From Malacoraja senta (Eukaryota), in the NCBI GenBank assembly GCA_038087875.1, contig CM075977.1, forward strand, positions 111,848,001-111,912,000: a DNA stretch of 64,000 nucleotides, given 5' to 3'. The translations under genes were made by a program, and so were the position numbers. This document shows positions 12,803 through 24,990 of the stretch, in pieces (position 1 is the stretch's first letter; each line of letters begins with the position of its first letter). The notes beneath the pieces were generated by a model. The model had not been told where the DNA came from. It ran no database searches and saw only the letters and a program-made list of their open reading frames with translations.

Positions 12803-15800
12803 GACTAAAAAACTAATTTAGAAAATATAATAGGGTTCAGTTCAAATTATTCTTGGGAGGAGGTGAGGAGATTCAGAATCTTGGCAAATAGCCAGGAGCC
12901 TGAATCTGGTTAACCCCTTCCAACCATCAAGGGGAAGAAAATGTAATAATTGTTAACATAATTAAATGGCAGATAAGCGGATGATTTGAATAGATAAGAT
13001 TCAATTAGATGTATAGATACGGTAATGGTGATATATAAAACTTGGCTTTGAATTGGCCCCAACTCCCCTTTTGCAAGATTATTCAAAGGGGCGGAGCTAA
13101 ATGTAGATTAACAACTACGGAAGTCAATAAATGTGTAACTACCACCATTAGGTGGATAATCGGATACAGTGTCGTCATTTTATAGACACTGTAACCTCAC
13201 TTTTTTGATTTTTTTTTTGTGTCACAACAATTCACACTTTCTTGTTTCTTTGTTCAAGGACAATTTTAAGAGGGATGTAGCAACTGAATTTAATAATGCA
13301 AATGCTCCCCCAATAGCCAGAGATCTGAGGTATTGGTTGCACCGTATGACGCAAAGGTATTAAATAATTTAAAATGCAAGACGATAAACAAAAGAAGTTT
13401 GGAGGAATCACATTCTGCAGTTGGAATATAAGGGAAGCTAATGAACCAATTAAACGGGGTAAGATTTTTCCACAATTGAAGTCGCTCAATTCCGACATAA
13501 TATTTCTACAAGAAACTCATTTGAAACTGCAAGCTCAGACTAGATTGAAGGCAAATTGAATAGGCCAAACATACCAATGTTCATATATTTCCAAATCTAG
13601 AGGCACAGCAATTATTATTCGCAAAGCTATACCATTTAAATCAAAGAATACCATAATAGATAAGGAAGGGAGATACCTTATAGTTCCCGGAGAGATTGAT
13701 GCTACTCCAATTACCTTGGTAAATATTTATGTGCCTAATTTTGAAAATCCCCAATTCTTTAATAAAATCCGGAATATAATTTCAGAGTTCAATTATCAAA
13801 ATGTGATAATTGGGGGAGAGTTTAACTGTGTTTTAGATCCAAACTTGGATAAATCTTCACAGCAGATCAGGGGTAATACAAAATCTTAAACCAGGGAAAT
13901 CTTAAATACATACATAAAAAATACAAATATAACAGCTGTCTGGAGGATCGCTAACCCTGTTGGAAGGAAATACTCGTTTTATTCAATGGTACACAAAACT
14001 TATTCAAGTATCGACTATTTTCTAGTAGATACAAATTCCCTATACACTAAACCCAAAATACCACAGTACAATTTCTGATCACTCCACGTTAACTTTTTTT
14101 TTAAATTAGAAGAAATGCCTACTAATAAATCGTTTTGGAGGTTTAATCCTCAAATCCTAAATGATCCACAAGGGGAAATATATCTAAAACAACAGATGGA
14201 ACTTTTTTCCAAGACTAATGATATCCCTGAGATCTCACCAACCTTACTATGGGAATCTTTCAAAGCATTTATTAGAGGATCTATAATCTCATACCAGGCT
14301 TTTTAAAACAAAAATAATAAGAATGAACAAAGGGAGTTAGAAGAACGAATTAGACAACTGGATTTAGATAACGCTAAAGAGCCAACTATAGATAAACATA
14401 ATCAAATAACAATATTCAAATTTAAATTTAATAAAATATAATCAGCAAATGTTATAAGATTATTTCAAATTACAATACAGGAAAATTTTGAATTTGGGGA
14501 TAAACCACACAAACGTTTGGCCCGACAACTGAAAAAACGGGAAAAATATCATACGATTTTAAAGATTAAATCAGATAAAGGGGAACTGTTAACAATACCT
14601 AAGGATATTAATACAAGATTCGCTCAATTTTATCAAAATTTATATACATCTAAAGCGTTAGCAGATAGTACTAAAGTTATAGAGTTCTTGGATAATTGTA
14701 ATCTCCCAAAACTTAATTTGATTGAACAAGAGAAATTAGGTGTACAAATCTCAACGGAGGAAATAGAAGAAACAATAAATTCATTAAAGAATGGAAAAAC
14801 ACCAGGACCAGATGGTTTTAGGAATGAATTTTATAAAAGCTTCTACGAGATAATTACACCACGGTTACATAAAATGTATACATATGCTTTTAAAGAACAT
14901 ACACTTCCCGAAACACTAGCGGAATCAACGATTACACTTATTCCTAAAAAAGATAAAGATTTAGAAGACCCCTGTTCTTATAGAGCTATTGCGCTGTTAA
15001 ATACAGATCAAAAAATATTAGCGAAAACATTAGCTAGAAGATTAAGTAAATATGTTAGTAAATTAATAAATCCGGATCAAACGGGGTTTATACCCAAGAG
15101 ATACTCATGCAATAATTTGAGACGTCTGTTTAATATAATGCACACATATAAAACAGAAGAACAAGACGTATCAATTATTTCATTGGACGCAGAAAAAGCA
15201 TTCGATCAAGTGGAATGAGATTACCTTGTTAAAGTATTGCAAAATTTTCAAATGGGAGAGAATTTTATCGCTTGGGTAAAATTACTATATGACAGGCCTA
15301 CTGCCAGAATATTAACTAATAATGTGTTGTCCCCGAAATTTCAATTATCAAGGGGAAATAGACAGGGATGTTCATTATCACCTCTGCTATTTGCTCTTGT
15401 AATAGAACCGTTAGCGGAAAGTATTAGAATACATCCGAAAATCCATCGTTATAATACAAAATACTCAAATAATAAAATATCATTATATGCAGATGATGTA
15501 CTATTATATATTACAAAATCACAAATCAGTATACCAAATATATTAAATCTAATAGAGAAATTTGGATCCTTTTCAGGATATACAATAAATTGGAATTAAA
15601 GTGAAATTATGACGATAAAACCTCAAGACCAACACACCTGTTAAAATTCCCTTTTAAAATCGCTTCAGAAAAATTCAAATATTTGGGAATTGAAATTACT
15701 AGAAAATATAAATCTTTATTTAATGCACACTATATGCCCTTACTCAATAAACTAAACATACTGATTAAATTTTGGAAAACTCTCCCGATGTCTCTGATAG

Positions 15801-17497
15801 GCCGAATACATGCTATAAAAAATGATTTGTTTACCACAAATTTTATATCTATTCCAGTCAATACCGATATACTTACCAATTTTTTTTTAACTGAATGCTG
15901 ATATTACAAATTTTATATAGGACTATAAATCCCATAGAATTCAAAGAAGACATTTGTGCAAACCAAAAGAATTTGGCGGATTATCACTCCCTAATTTTTT
16001 GTATTATTACTGGGCCGCAAATGTCAAAAATATGATTCACCTGTTGGACAACTCTGCCCAGCAGGTGGATTGGATAGTAATGGAGAGAGAGGATTGTTCA
16101 CCTTTTAATATAGGAGCGATCCTTCTCTCACCAACAAAATTGAAGAATACAATATATAGTAAAAATCCAATTATCCATAGTACAATTAGAATTTGGAAAC
16201 AAATAAAATTAACTTTAAAATTAAGAAATCTATCGCTTCTTTCACCTATAATGAATAATCCTTCGTTTAAACCTTCTACGATAGATAAATCGTTTACACA
16301 CTGGGATAGATTAGGAATTAAAAGGTTTGGAGATATGTATGATAATGGAATTTTTTTAAAACATTTCACCAACTACAACTTAAATACAATTTGAGTAGTA
16401 ATCAATATTTTAAATATTTTCAAATACGTGACTATTTGAATAAATATACACAAGAATATCAAAATATGTCTCCAGATCTATTAGACGAGACAATGAATAT
16501 AAAAGCGGAATCAACTAATTTAATATCATACCTGTATAATACCATCCTAAATATAGAAATACCATCATCTGATAGGATTAGAAGAGATTGGGAACAAGAA
16601 CTAGCTATAAAAATCTCGAAAGAGAGTTGGGATAAACACTTGTTATATGTGCATAAATGCTCGATTAACGTAAGAAACATTCTAATTCAATTCAAAATCT
16701 TACATAGATTATACTATTCAAAAGATAAAATAAGTAAATTTTACCCAAATGTCTCTTCTGTGATAAATGTCTAACCCAAGAAGCAAATATAGCACATTCT
16801 TTTGTTTTTTGTATAAATATTCAAAAATTTTGGAATGAAATCTTTGAAATTTTCACGAAATTATTAAAAATAAAACTGAAACCGAATGCAGAACTGATCA
16901 TTTTTGGAACAATCGAAGCCAGTTTGGAGCTGTCTTCGTTTCAAAGGAGCTTTCTGAATTATGGCTTAATAACGGCAAAAAAAGTTTAACTGAAATTTTG
17001 GAAAAATGCTCCCACGCCAACGACAAAAATGTGGATTTCTAATATGTCGGAACTGTTACACCTAGAAGATATGAGATTCCTCTTAGCACGTAAACCAGAC
17101 CATTTCCAAAAGATTTGGTCTCCATTTATCGACTTATTACAAATATCGGGTGCAACAAAATGTTGATAATAAATGGTTTCAGGACCTGGTGAGGGGTGAG
17201 TAAAGATATGAAGTAGGTACATCCCTTTTATCTTGTCTTATCATATCTTACTTTTTTTTTATTTTACCTTCTTTTGGTTTTTCTCTTTTGTTTAACTCTT
17301 TCTTGTGGTTTAGGTCCCTATGGGTGTTCCTGGACCACTCTTTCACTCACTCACTTACTATCTCTGCTAACTCTCTCTATCCTTTTTCTTATTAAAGTTT
17401 AAAATAAGAAGTGGTACAAGAAATGTATAATTTTATGTTTGTTTGAGATCACTGTACTGTACAATACTAAAAATAAAAAAATAAAAAAATAAAAAAT
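12803..17497 (+). mobile_element. 5'-truncated L1-clade LINE (ORF2) nested in the opposite-strand L1
   Basis: Endonuclease SWNI..IIFLQETHL; RT GKTPGPDGF, LDAEKAFDQV, GNRQGCSLSPLLF, LYADDV; A-rich tail 17468-17497; degenerate 12-bp TSD aatatcattcaa (12791) / aacatccttcaa (17498). Confidence 0.9.
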
Positions 17498-17894
17498 AAC
17501 ATCCTTCAAAGCATCCCACAAAATAGGGGAGAGAGACCTCTCCGTTATCCTTAAGTTCTAAATAAGGGCTTATCTCCTTTTTAATTGGTTCCTTAAAGTT
17601 AAGATCATTGAGTAGGCTCGAGTTCAGTTACCATGTAGCATTTTTTGGACGTAGGTCCAAATCAACAGATAGGTAAATAGGCGCATGGTCACTTCAGTTA
17701 ATTGTTCCAATTCCGCAAGTGTATATTTTATATTTATCCTTTCCAAATGTTATAAAATAGTATATTATTGTGTATAGAGCGTGTGGGGCCGAGTAATGGG
17801 TGTAATCACTTCTATTAGGGAACAGGTCCCGCCATATATCAATTAAACCGACCTCTTTAAAAAGAGTTTTGACTTTCTTATGCAAAGACAGTTT

Positions 17895-18170
17895 AAGAAA
17901 AGGGGTAAGCCATTTAGAATGGAGTGGAGGAAACACTTTCTCACAGAGAGTTGTGAGTGTGTGGAATTCTCTGCATCAGAGGGTGGTGGAGGCAGGTTCT
18001 CTGGATGCTTTAAAGAGAGAGCTGGATAGGGTTCTTAAAGCTAGCAGAGTCAGCGGCTATGGGGAAAAGGCAGGAACGGGGTATTGATTGGGGATGATCA
18101 GCCATGATCACATTGAATGGTGGTGCTGGCTCGAAGGACCGAATGTCCTACTCCTGCACCTATTGTCTAT
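17895..18170 (+). mobile_element. CR1 3' end nested in L1
   Basis: FSQRVVSVWNSL..VVEAGSLDALKRELD plus the CR1 3' tail. Confidence 0.8.
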
Positions 18171-18714
18171 TAACTTTGTATCATGAGCTTTCTAATGGAC
18201 GAGTCTAGCTCTAGTTGTAAATGTATATTTAGGCCTCCCCCACAAATAAGAAGGCCTTCCGTTTCCGTTATCATGATATTAATAATTCTCTGGAAGAAAT
18301 TAAAATGACTTCCAGGAGGTGCATATACATTCAGCAACGTAACTTGATTCCCATCTATATTCCCCTTTACTAAAATAAATATACCGTCCTTAACACTCAT
18401 TTCAAATACTTTCTCAAAATTTAACTTGCTTGAGATGAGAGTAGCGACTCCTCTCCAATGTCCCGAAAAATATGAGGAGAAAAAAATGTTAGTGAAACCC
18501 ATTATTTTAAGTTTTTCGTGTTCTTTGTCATTTAGATGGGTTTCCTGTAGGTATACTTTCCTGCAGGTAGGGCTTGTTCTTTCCTATTCTAGTTAGAATG
18601 TTGCTGCGTTTGATTGGGTTTAACATTCCATTCATATTAATAGAGATGACTTTTACCTTGCCACTAGCCATTTGTATTTAACTTTCTGTGTATCAGTAAC
18701 ATGGTGAAATAAGA

Positions 18715-19202
18715 CATAATAGACAATAGACAATAAACAATAGTTGCAGGAGCAGGCCATTTGGCCCTTCGAGCCAGCACCGCCATTCAATGTGATCATG
18801 GCTGATCATCCCCAATCAGTACTCCGTTCCTGCCTTCTCCCCCTATCCCCTGACTCCGCTATTTTTAAGAGCCCTATCTAGCTCTCTCTTGAAAGCATCC
18901 AGAGAACCTGTCTCCACCGCCCTCTGGGGCAGAGAATTCCACAGACCCACCACTCTCCGTGAGAAAAGGTGTTTCCTCGTCTCCGTTCTAAATGGCTTAC
19001 TGCTTATTCTTAAACTGTGGCCTCTGGTTCTGGACTCCCCCAACATCGGGAACATGTTTCCTGCCTCTAGTGTATCCAAGCCCTTAACAGTCCTATATGT
19101 TTCAATGAATTCCCTATCATCCTTCTAAACTCCAGAGTGTACAAGCCCAGCTGCTCCATTCTCTCAGCATATGACAGTCCCGCCATCCCGGGAATTAACC
19201 TT
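18715..19202 (-). mobile_element. CR1 3' end nested in L1
   Basis: ESRTRGHSLRI..FRTETRKHLFSRRVVGLWNSLP plus a (GACAATA)n tail. Confidence 0.85.
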
Positions 19203-20849
19203 GGAACAGATCTACCCCCTGAACAGACAAGAACAAAAGAACATATGAAAAAACAAAGGCGTTATTCCAAGGTAGGGGGTCTCCTGTGGATGCCCCTGGG
19301 GTAGGCTTGAGGAAAAGCCTAGTTGTGGGGGAGAGCTCTCTCATCTGTGAGCTGAGGGCCGCCACTGCAGCATTCAAAAAGAAAAAAAACTCCGTCCATA
19401 AAGCAGAACACACTTCCCTGTGCATTCCTCCCTTGTACTTATCTTCATTTAAATAGGGGAAAACAGTTCAACATAACAAATGAATTAAAGCACCATCGAC
19501 TTTTAAGTTCTGTTCAGCTCACCTACATTTTTAAAGTTATCCATATCTTAAAGCCCTTCTGAAGATGAGGTCTGTCTTCTGAAGACCCGTAGTCTCTCCG
19601 CGATGTCCTTCTCCCGCTCCTCGGCCGTCCCCTGCGGTCTTGATCTTCCCACTATCTCCCACGCAGTGCGGAACAGTTGCTCAGCCAGGCGCTCTTTCAG
19701 TGTGGTCACTCTGACGGGCAGTCCTCTGTTCCTCGTGTCAGTGGTCGCCGCATCCGCCGTCTGGTAAAGCTGTGTCTCGTCATTGTAAAATACTCGTAAC
19801 TTGGCGGGGAACGGCGTCTGGAAGCGGATCTTGTTCTGCTTTAACACCCGTTTCGCCTCAGAATATTATTTTCGCTTCTGTAGCGCTGCTGGGGCGTAAT
19901 CGTGATCGAAGTATATTAGTCTCTCGTTCAAAACACTTGTTTCTTTCCCCAGGCCTTGCGCTAAGTCTCATCTTTCGTTTTGTAGTGGAGAAATCTGATT
20001 ATTATGAATCGTGGTTTATGTCCTGGGTCTCCGGGGCGATCGATCGGTGCGCTCTCTCGATGTGAAACTCCGTGGTGGGTGGAAGTTCAAATGTGTCCCG
20101 CTATAGTTTAACCACAACATCCACCATAGACGATCCCCTCGGCTCCTTCGGGAACATTATATATCCGTATATTCTCCCGTCTGGATCGCCCTTCTTGGTC
20201 GTGTACCTTGTTTTCTTGCTGATTTATCACTTTTGTCATCTTAGCTAGCACCTGCTTCACGTTTAGCACACGGTCTTCCACCCTTTCGAGCCGTGTCTCC
20301 GCCACCGCTATTTTTTTTATTAACATTGGTGTGTTCGCCCTTAATATCGATTAGCTGTTCTTTTGTGTCTTTGCAAAAGTCCCGTATCTCCTCCAAAAAG
20401 GTGGGTAAACTTAGCTCTACGTCTTTCTGGTGCGGGTTGTTGCTAGCTCCGCCATCTTGTACCTTTGTAGGTGAGCCGTCCGTGTTTTCTTTGTTTTCGG
20501 ATTGTTCAGCGGCGCTTTTCTTGTTTACATCTCGTTTTCCCGTTCTTGCCCCTTTTATCAGGTGTTATTCTCAATAAATGTTAAAGTTGACAAACTAACA
20601 GGGCTAAATAAGTATTTTTCAGAGGAGCTGCTATCTTATGCTGCCATTCAGGATGGTGACGTCACCAACATTCCAACATACCGACGCCTCCATTGTTTGT
20701 GCACAGGGACTCTAGATATCGGACGCGTAGTTGAAATAGCTGGCCCCAAACTCTGATCTCTGTGACATCTCATCAATCTTACACTGCCAACCTGATCAAG
20801 TTCAGTCAGTGCCATTGTTTCCTCTCTGAACTTCTGCACATAGACGTTA

Positions 20850-21405
20850 GGGAAAGAGTGTAGAAACAGGCCCTTCGGCCCACCGACGTCGTACCCAGCG
20901 ATCACCTCGTACACTTACATTATCCTACCCACTAGAGACAATGTCAAATTTACAGAAATCAATTAACCTACCAACCTGTACATATTTGGAATGCATTGGA
21001 ATGGAATGGGATGGAATGGGATGGAATGCTTTATTGTCACATTTGACCAGTCATAGTGAAATTCTTGCTTGCATACCCAGGGTATGCAAATAGTCACCAG
21101 ATCAGGTGCTGAAAAGTTACAATGTACTCCGGCCGGCTCCCCCTTTGTTCACCCCCTCCTCTCCCCCGCCCCCTCACTTGGTCCACCATTGTTAATTCAC
21201 CCACCTCCCAGTGGTCATCCCACGCCAAGTCCTCCATTATTCTTCCCCCTCCCTCATTGAGAGTGGGAAGAAACTGGATCACACGGTGAAAAACCATGTG
21301 ACCAGTGAGAGAACGCACAAACTCCGTAGAGGGCCACTCCCGTAGTTAGGATCGAACCCGGGTCTCTGGCGCCATAAGGGAGCAGCTCTACCACTGCGCC
21401 ATTGT
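20850..21405 (-). mobile_element. tRNA-derived SINE (HE1/V-SINE-like) with a nested LINE-tail insertion
   Basis: Reverse complement begins GCACAATGGCGCAGTGGTAGAGCTG (A box) and contains GGTTCGATCC (B box). A (GGAAT)n tail of another element is inserted at ~20995-21275. Family name is from memory of elasmobranch SINEs. Confidence 0.7.
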
Positions 21406-22908
21406 GCTTCCCTGGCAAAAAGACTAAAGGATTATGATCATATTGCGATTAATATCCTGGCACGCAGGTTGAAACCATTCGAATGCCAGTCTGCGATGGC
21501 GGACGAGAACAAACTAATTAGGTTTCTTTAATGTAGAGCAGACCACATTGTATAAACCGAACACGGTAAATTAAACTGGAAGAAATACAGTTGCGACGCC
21601 ATTTTACTTGGAAAGTATTTTTTATCATGGGTTGTCTAAATGGAGGGCGGACGAGAACAGAGGATGTCCAGTGAAACTGGAATAACGGCAGAGCGATTCT
21701 CTCAAGGCCCTCGGGGAAACATCGACGAACAAAAATGCCATTGAATCTACATCAGCAATAATGCTTTCTGGGCCATTGCTGACAATCAAACAACAGTGGC
21801 AGCATCAGTTAACGGGACAACTCATCCCAACTACTGAACTTCAGAAGAAAGTGGGAGGGGCTTTCACATCAGGCTCAGAAAGCAGAACTGTTTTCGCAAT
21901 GTAACTGATGCTGCCAGTGCAACGCGGACATATGTTCCTATCAATGGGCGAAAATCGTTGACGTGCTAATTTAACGTGGAGGTACTCAGCAGTATTACAG
22001 CTGGGTTGGATTTTGTTTGGACTGTGATGGAATATATAAGCAATTCAAATTACAAATAAGGGTCGCGGACGTAAGGGAAATAGAGAAAGTTTCCTTTTCA
22101 ACGGAAAGTGTTAATCCAACAAGGAGGCGCTTCCTGAAAGTTTGATTACACAGGAATTTGGGATTTGATGTAACAGACAGTTCGGCCGTAATCTGACTGA
22201 CGAAAGGTACGGGTTTATAAAATTTCCCTAATATCATGGTGTTACTAATTATCCTGGATGCGGTATTGCGCGTTATAAAATAACGTTGAAATGATGCTCG
22301 GTTTAGAGTGCATTATGCATTACGTTGTCGGCCAGCGTAATTGAACACCAATCGTAACATCCAGTCTGCAATGACAACCGAGGCGCACCAGTATCCGAGG
22401 CTTGTCACTTCTAGATCCCTGAAACTTGAGGTCGAAGGTTAGAACAATCAAAGGGAAGCTCGGCACAGACTTTTTGCTTTTCACTTAGTATGGCTGTAGG
22501 GCAACTGACATTTCACTGTACCTTATTTGGGACATGTGAGAATAAAATAACCTTGCAACCTTGAATATTAGGGCATGCTATCAGGAAATAAAGGAAAGCT
22601 GTTCGTTATTTTATCATGTTGCCTTTTCTCCCGGTGCTCACCACTGCCGTTGTCTTTCAGGCACTGGCGTTGAGGCGATTAACTTAGCTAATAGAACGGG
22701 CCCTGAACCTGAAGCGTTTGAGAGACAATATAATGTGTGTGGGGGGCAGCTTCGACATATTTGGATTTGAAGTGGTTTGAAGAAGGGTTTCGGCCCGAAA
22801 CGTTGCCCATTTCCTTCGCTTCATAGATGCTACCTCACCCGCTGAGTTTCTCCAGCATTTTTGTCTACCGTCGATTTTCGACCATCTGCAGTTCCTTCTT
22901 AAAAATAT

Positions 22909-22980
22909 ACCCTGGTGGTCTCATGGTTAGGATTCGGCGCTTTCACCGCCGCGGCCCTGGTTCGATTCCCGGTCAGGGAA
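22909..22980 (+). tRNA. tRNA-Glu(TTC) variant, probable pseudogene, unit 1
   Basis: Matches vertebrate tRNA-Glu-TTC except U1>A, A14>C, G15>A and G51>U; B box GGTTCGATTCC intact; TTTT 6 nt downstream. Confidence 0.8.
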
Positions 22981-24918
22981 ACGCTCTTTTGCCATTCATA
23001 TAACTGGAAAGGTCCCACGTAGAGCAACGCCTGCGACGGGCTATCCAACACGCAGTACATTCCCATACAGGAGATGCCATTGTGAACATAGGAGGTGCCA
23101 TATCTGATATTTCACCTTCTCCATTTCGACAATCCAAAATAAAAATTATTTCCAAATAAAATGGCGACACAACTGTATTTCTTCTAGTCTAATTTACTGT
23201 GTTCGGTGTAAACAATGTTGTCTGCTCTACATTAAAAAAAACGATTTATTTTGTTTGCAGAACACATCATTTTAGGGCGTAGGAGCAATCACACGGTGAA
23301 AAACCATGTGACCAGTTAGAGAACGCACAAACTCCGTAGAGGGCCACTCCCGTAGTTAGGATCGAACCCGGGTCTCTGGCGCCTTAAGGGAGCAGCTCTA
23401 CCACTGCGCCATTGTGCTTCCCTGGCAAAAAGACTAAAGGATTATGATCATATTGCGATTAATATCCTGGCACGCAGGTTGAAACCATTCGAATGCCAGT
23501 CTGCGAGGGCGGACGAGAACAAACTAATTAGGTTTCTTTAATGTAGAGCAGACCACATTGTATAAACCGAACACGGTAAATTAGACTGGAAGAAATACAG
23601 TTGCGACGCCATTTTACTTGGAAAGTATTTTTTATCATAGGTTGTCTAAATGGAGGGCGGACGAGAACAGAGGATGTCCAGTGAAACTGGAATAACGGCA
23701 GAGCGATTCTCTCAAGGCCCTCGGGGAAACATCGACGAACAAAAATGCCATTGAATCTACATCAGCAATAATGCTTTCTGGGCCATTGCTGACAATCAAA
23801 CAACAGTGGCAGCATCAGTTAACGGGACAACTCATCCCAACTACTGAACTTCAGAAGAAAGTGGGAGGGGCTTTCACATCAGGCTCAGAAAGCAGAACTG
23901 TTTTCGCACTGTAACTGATGCTGCCACTGCAACGCGGACATATGTTCCTATCAACGGGCGAAAATCGTTGACGTGCTAATTTAACGTGGAGGTACTCAGC
24001 AGTATTACAGCTGGGTTGGATTTTGTTTGGACTGTGATGGAATATACAAGCAATTCAAATTAAAAATAATGGTCGCGGACGTAAGGGAAATAGAGAAAGT
24101 TTCCTTTTCAACGGAAAGTGTTAATCCAACAAGGAGGCGCTTCCTGAAAGTTTGATTACACATGAATTTGGGATTTGATGTAACAGTCAGTTCGGCCGTA
24201 ATCTGACTGACGAAAGGTACGGGTTTATAAAATTTCACTAATATCATGGTGTTACTAATTCTCCTGGATGCGGTATTGCGCGTTATAAAACAACGTTGAA
24301 ATGATGCTCGGTTTAGAGTACATTATGCATTACGTTGTCGGCCAGCGTAATTGAACACCAATCGTAACATCCAGTCTGCAATGACAACCGAGGCGCACCA
24401 GTATTCGAGGCTTGTCACTTCTAGATCCCTGAAACTTGAGGTCGAAGGTTAGAACAATCAAAGCGGAAGCTCGGCACAGACTTTTTGCTTTTCACTTAGT
24501 ATGGCTGTATGGCAACTGACATTTCACTGTACCTTATTTGGGACATGTGAGAATAAAATAACCTTGCCAACCTTGAATATTAGGGCATGCTATCAGGAAA
24601 TAAAGGAAAGCTGTTCGTTATTTTATCATGTTGCCTTTTCTCCCGGTGCTCACCACTGCCGTTGTCTTTCAGGCACTGGCGTTGAGGCGATCAACTTAGC
24701 TAATAGAACGGGCCCTGAACCTGAAGCGTTTGAGAGACAATATAATGTGTGTGGGGGCAGCTTCGACATATTGGATTTGAAGTGGTTTGAAGAAGGGTTT
24801 CGGCCCGAAACGTTGCCCATTTCCTTCGCTTCATAGATGCTACCTCACCCGCCGAGTTTCTCCAGCATTTTTGTCTACCCTCGATTTTCGAGCATCTGCA
24901 GTTCCTTCTTAAAAATAT

Positions 24919-24990
24919 ACCCTGGTGGTCTCATGGTTAGGATTCGGCGCTTTCACCGCCGCGGCCCTGGTTCGATTCCCGGTCAGGGAA
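24919..24990 (+). tRNA. tRNA-Glu(TTC) variant, probable pseudogene, unit 2
   Basis: Identical to the unit 1 copy. Confidence 0.8.

Larger units (their letters stand above)
9685..20665 (-). mobile_element. Full-length degenerate L1-clade LINE (ORF1 and ORF2), interrupted by nested elements
   Basis: ORF1 GRSRRENIRIYNVPEG and RFQTPFPAKLRVF (19.5-20.3 kb); endonuclease TLLNVYAP (18.2-18.5 kb); RT VDAEKAFDSV and FADDIL (11.4-12.0 kb); AATAAA and poly-A at ~9685-9710. Confidence 0.9.
315..22462 (+). repeat. Segmental duplication copy A (paralogous to 30570-38796)
   Basis: Collinear blocks: GPCR exons, Penelope, CR1, SINE and unique flanks, e.g. 328 catcggggaccggaggacatagg vs 30593 catcggggaccagaggacatagg. 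Roughly 85% identical by eye once copy-specific insertions are removed. Confidence 0.9.
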
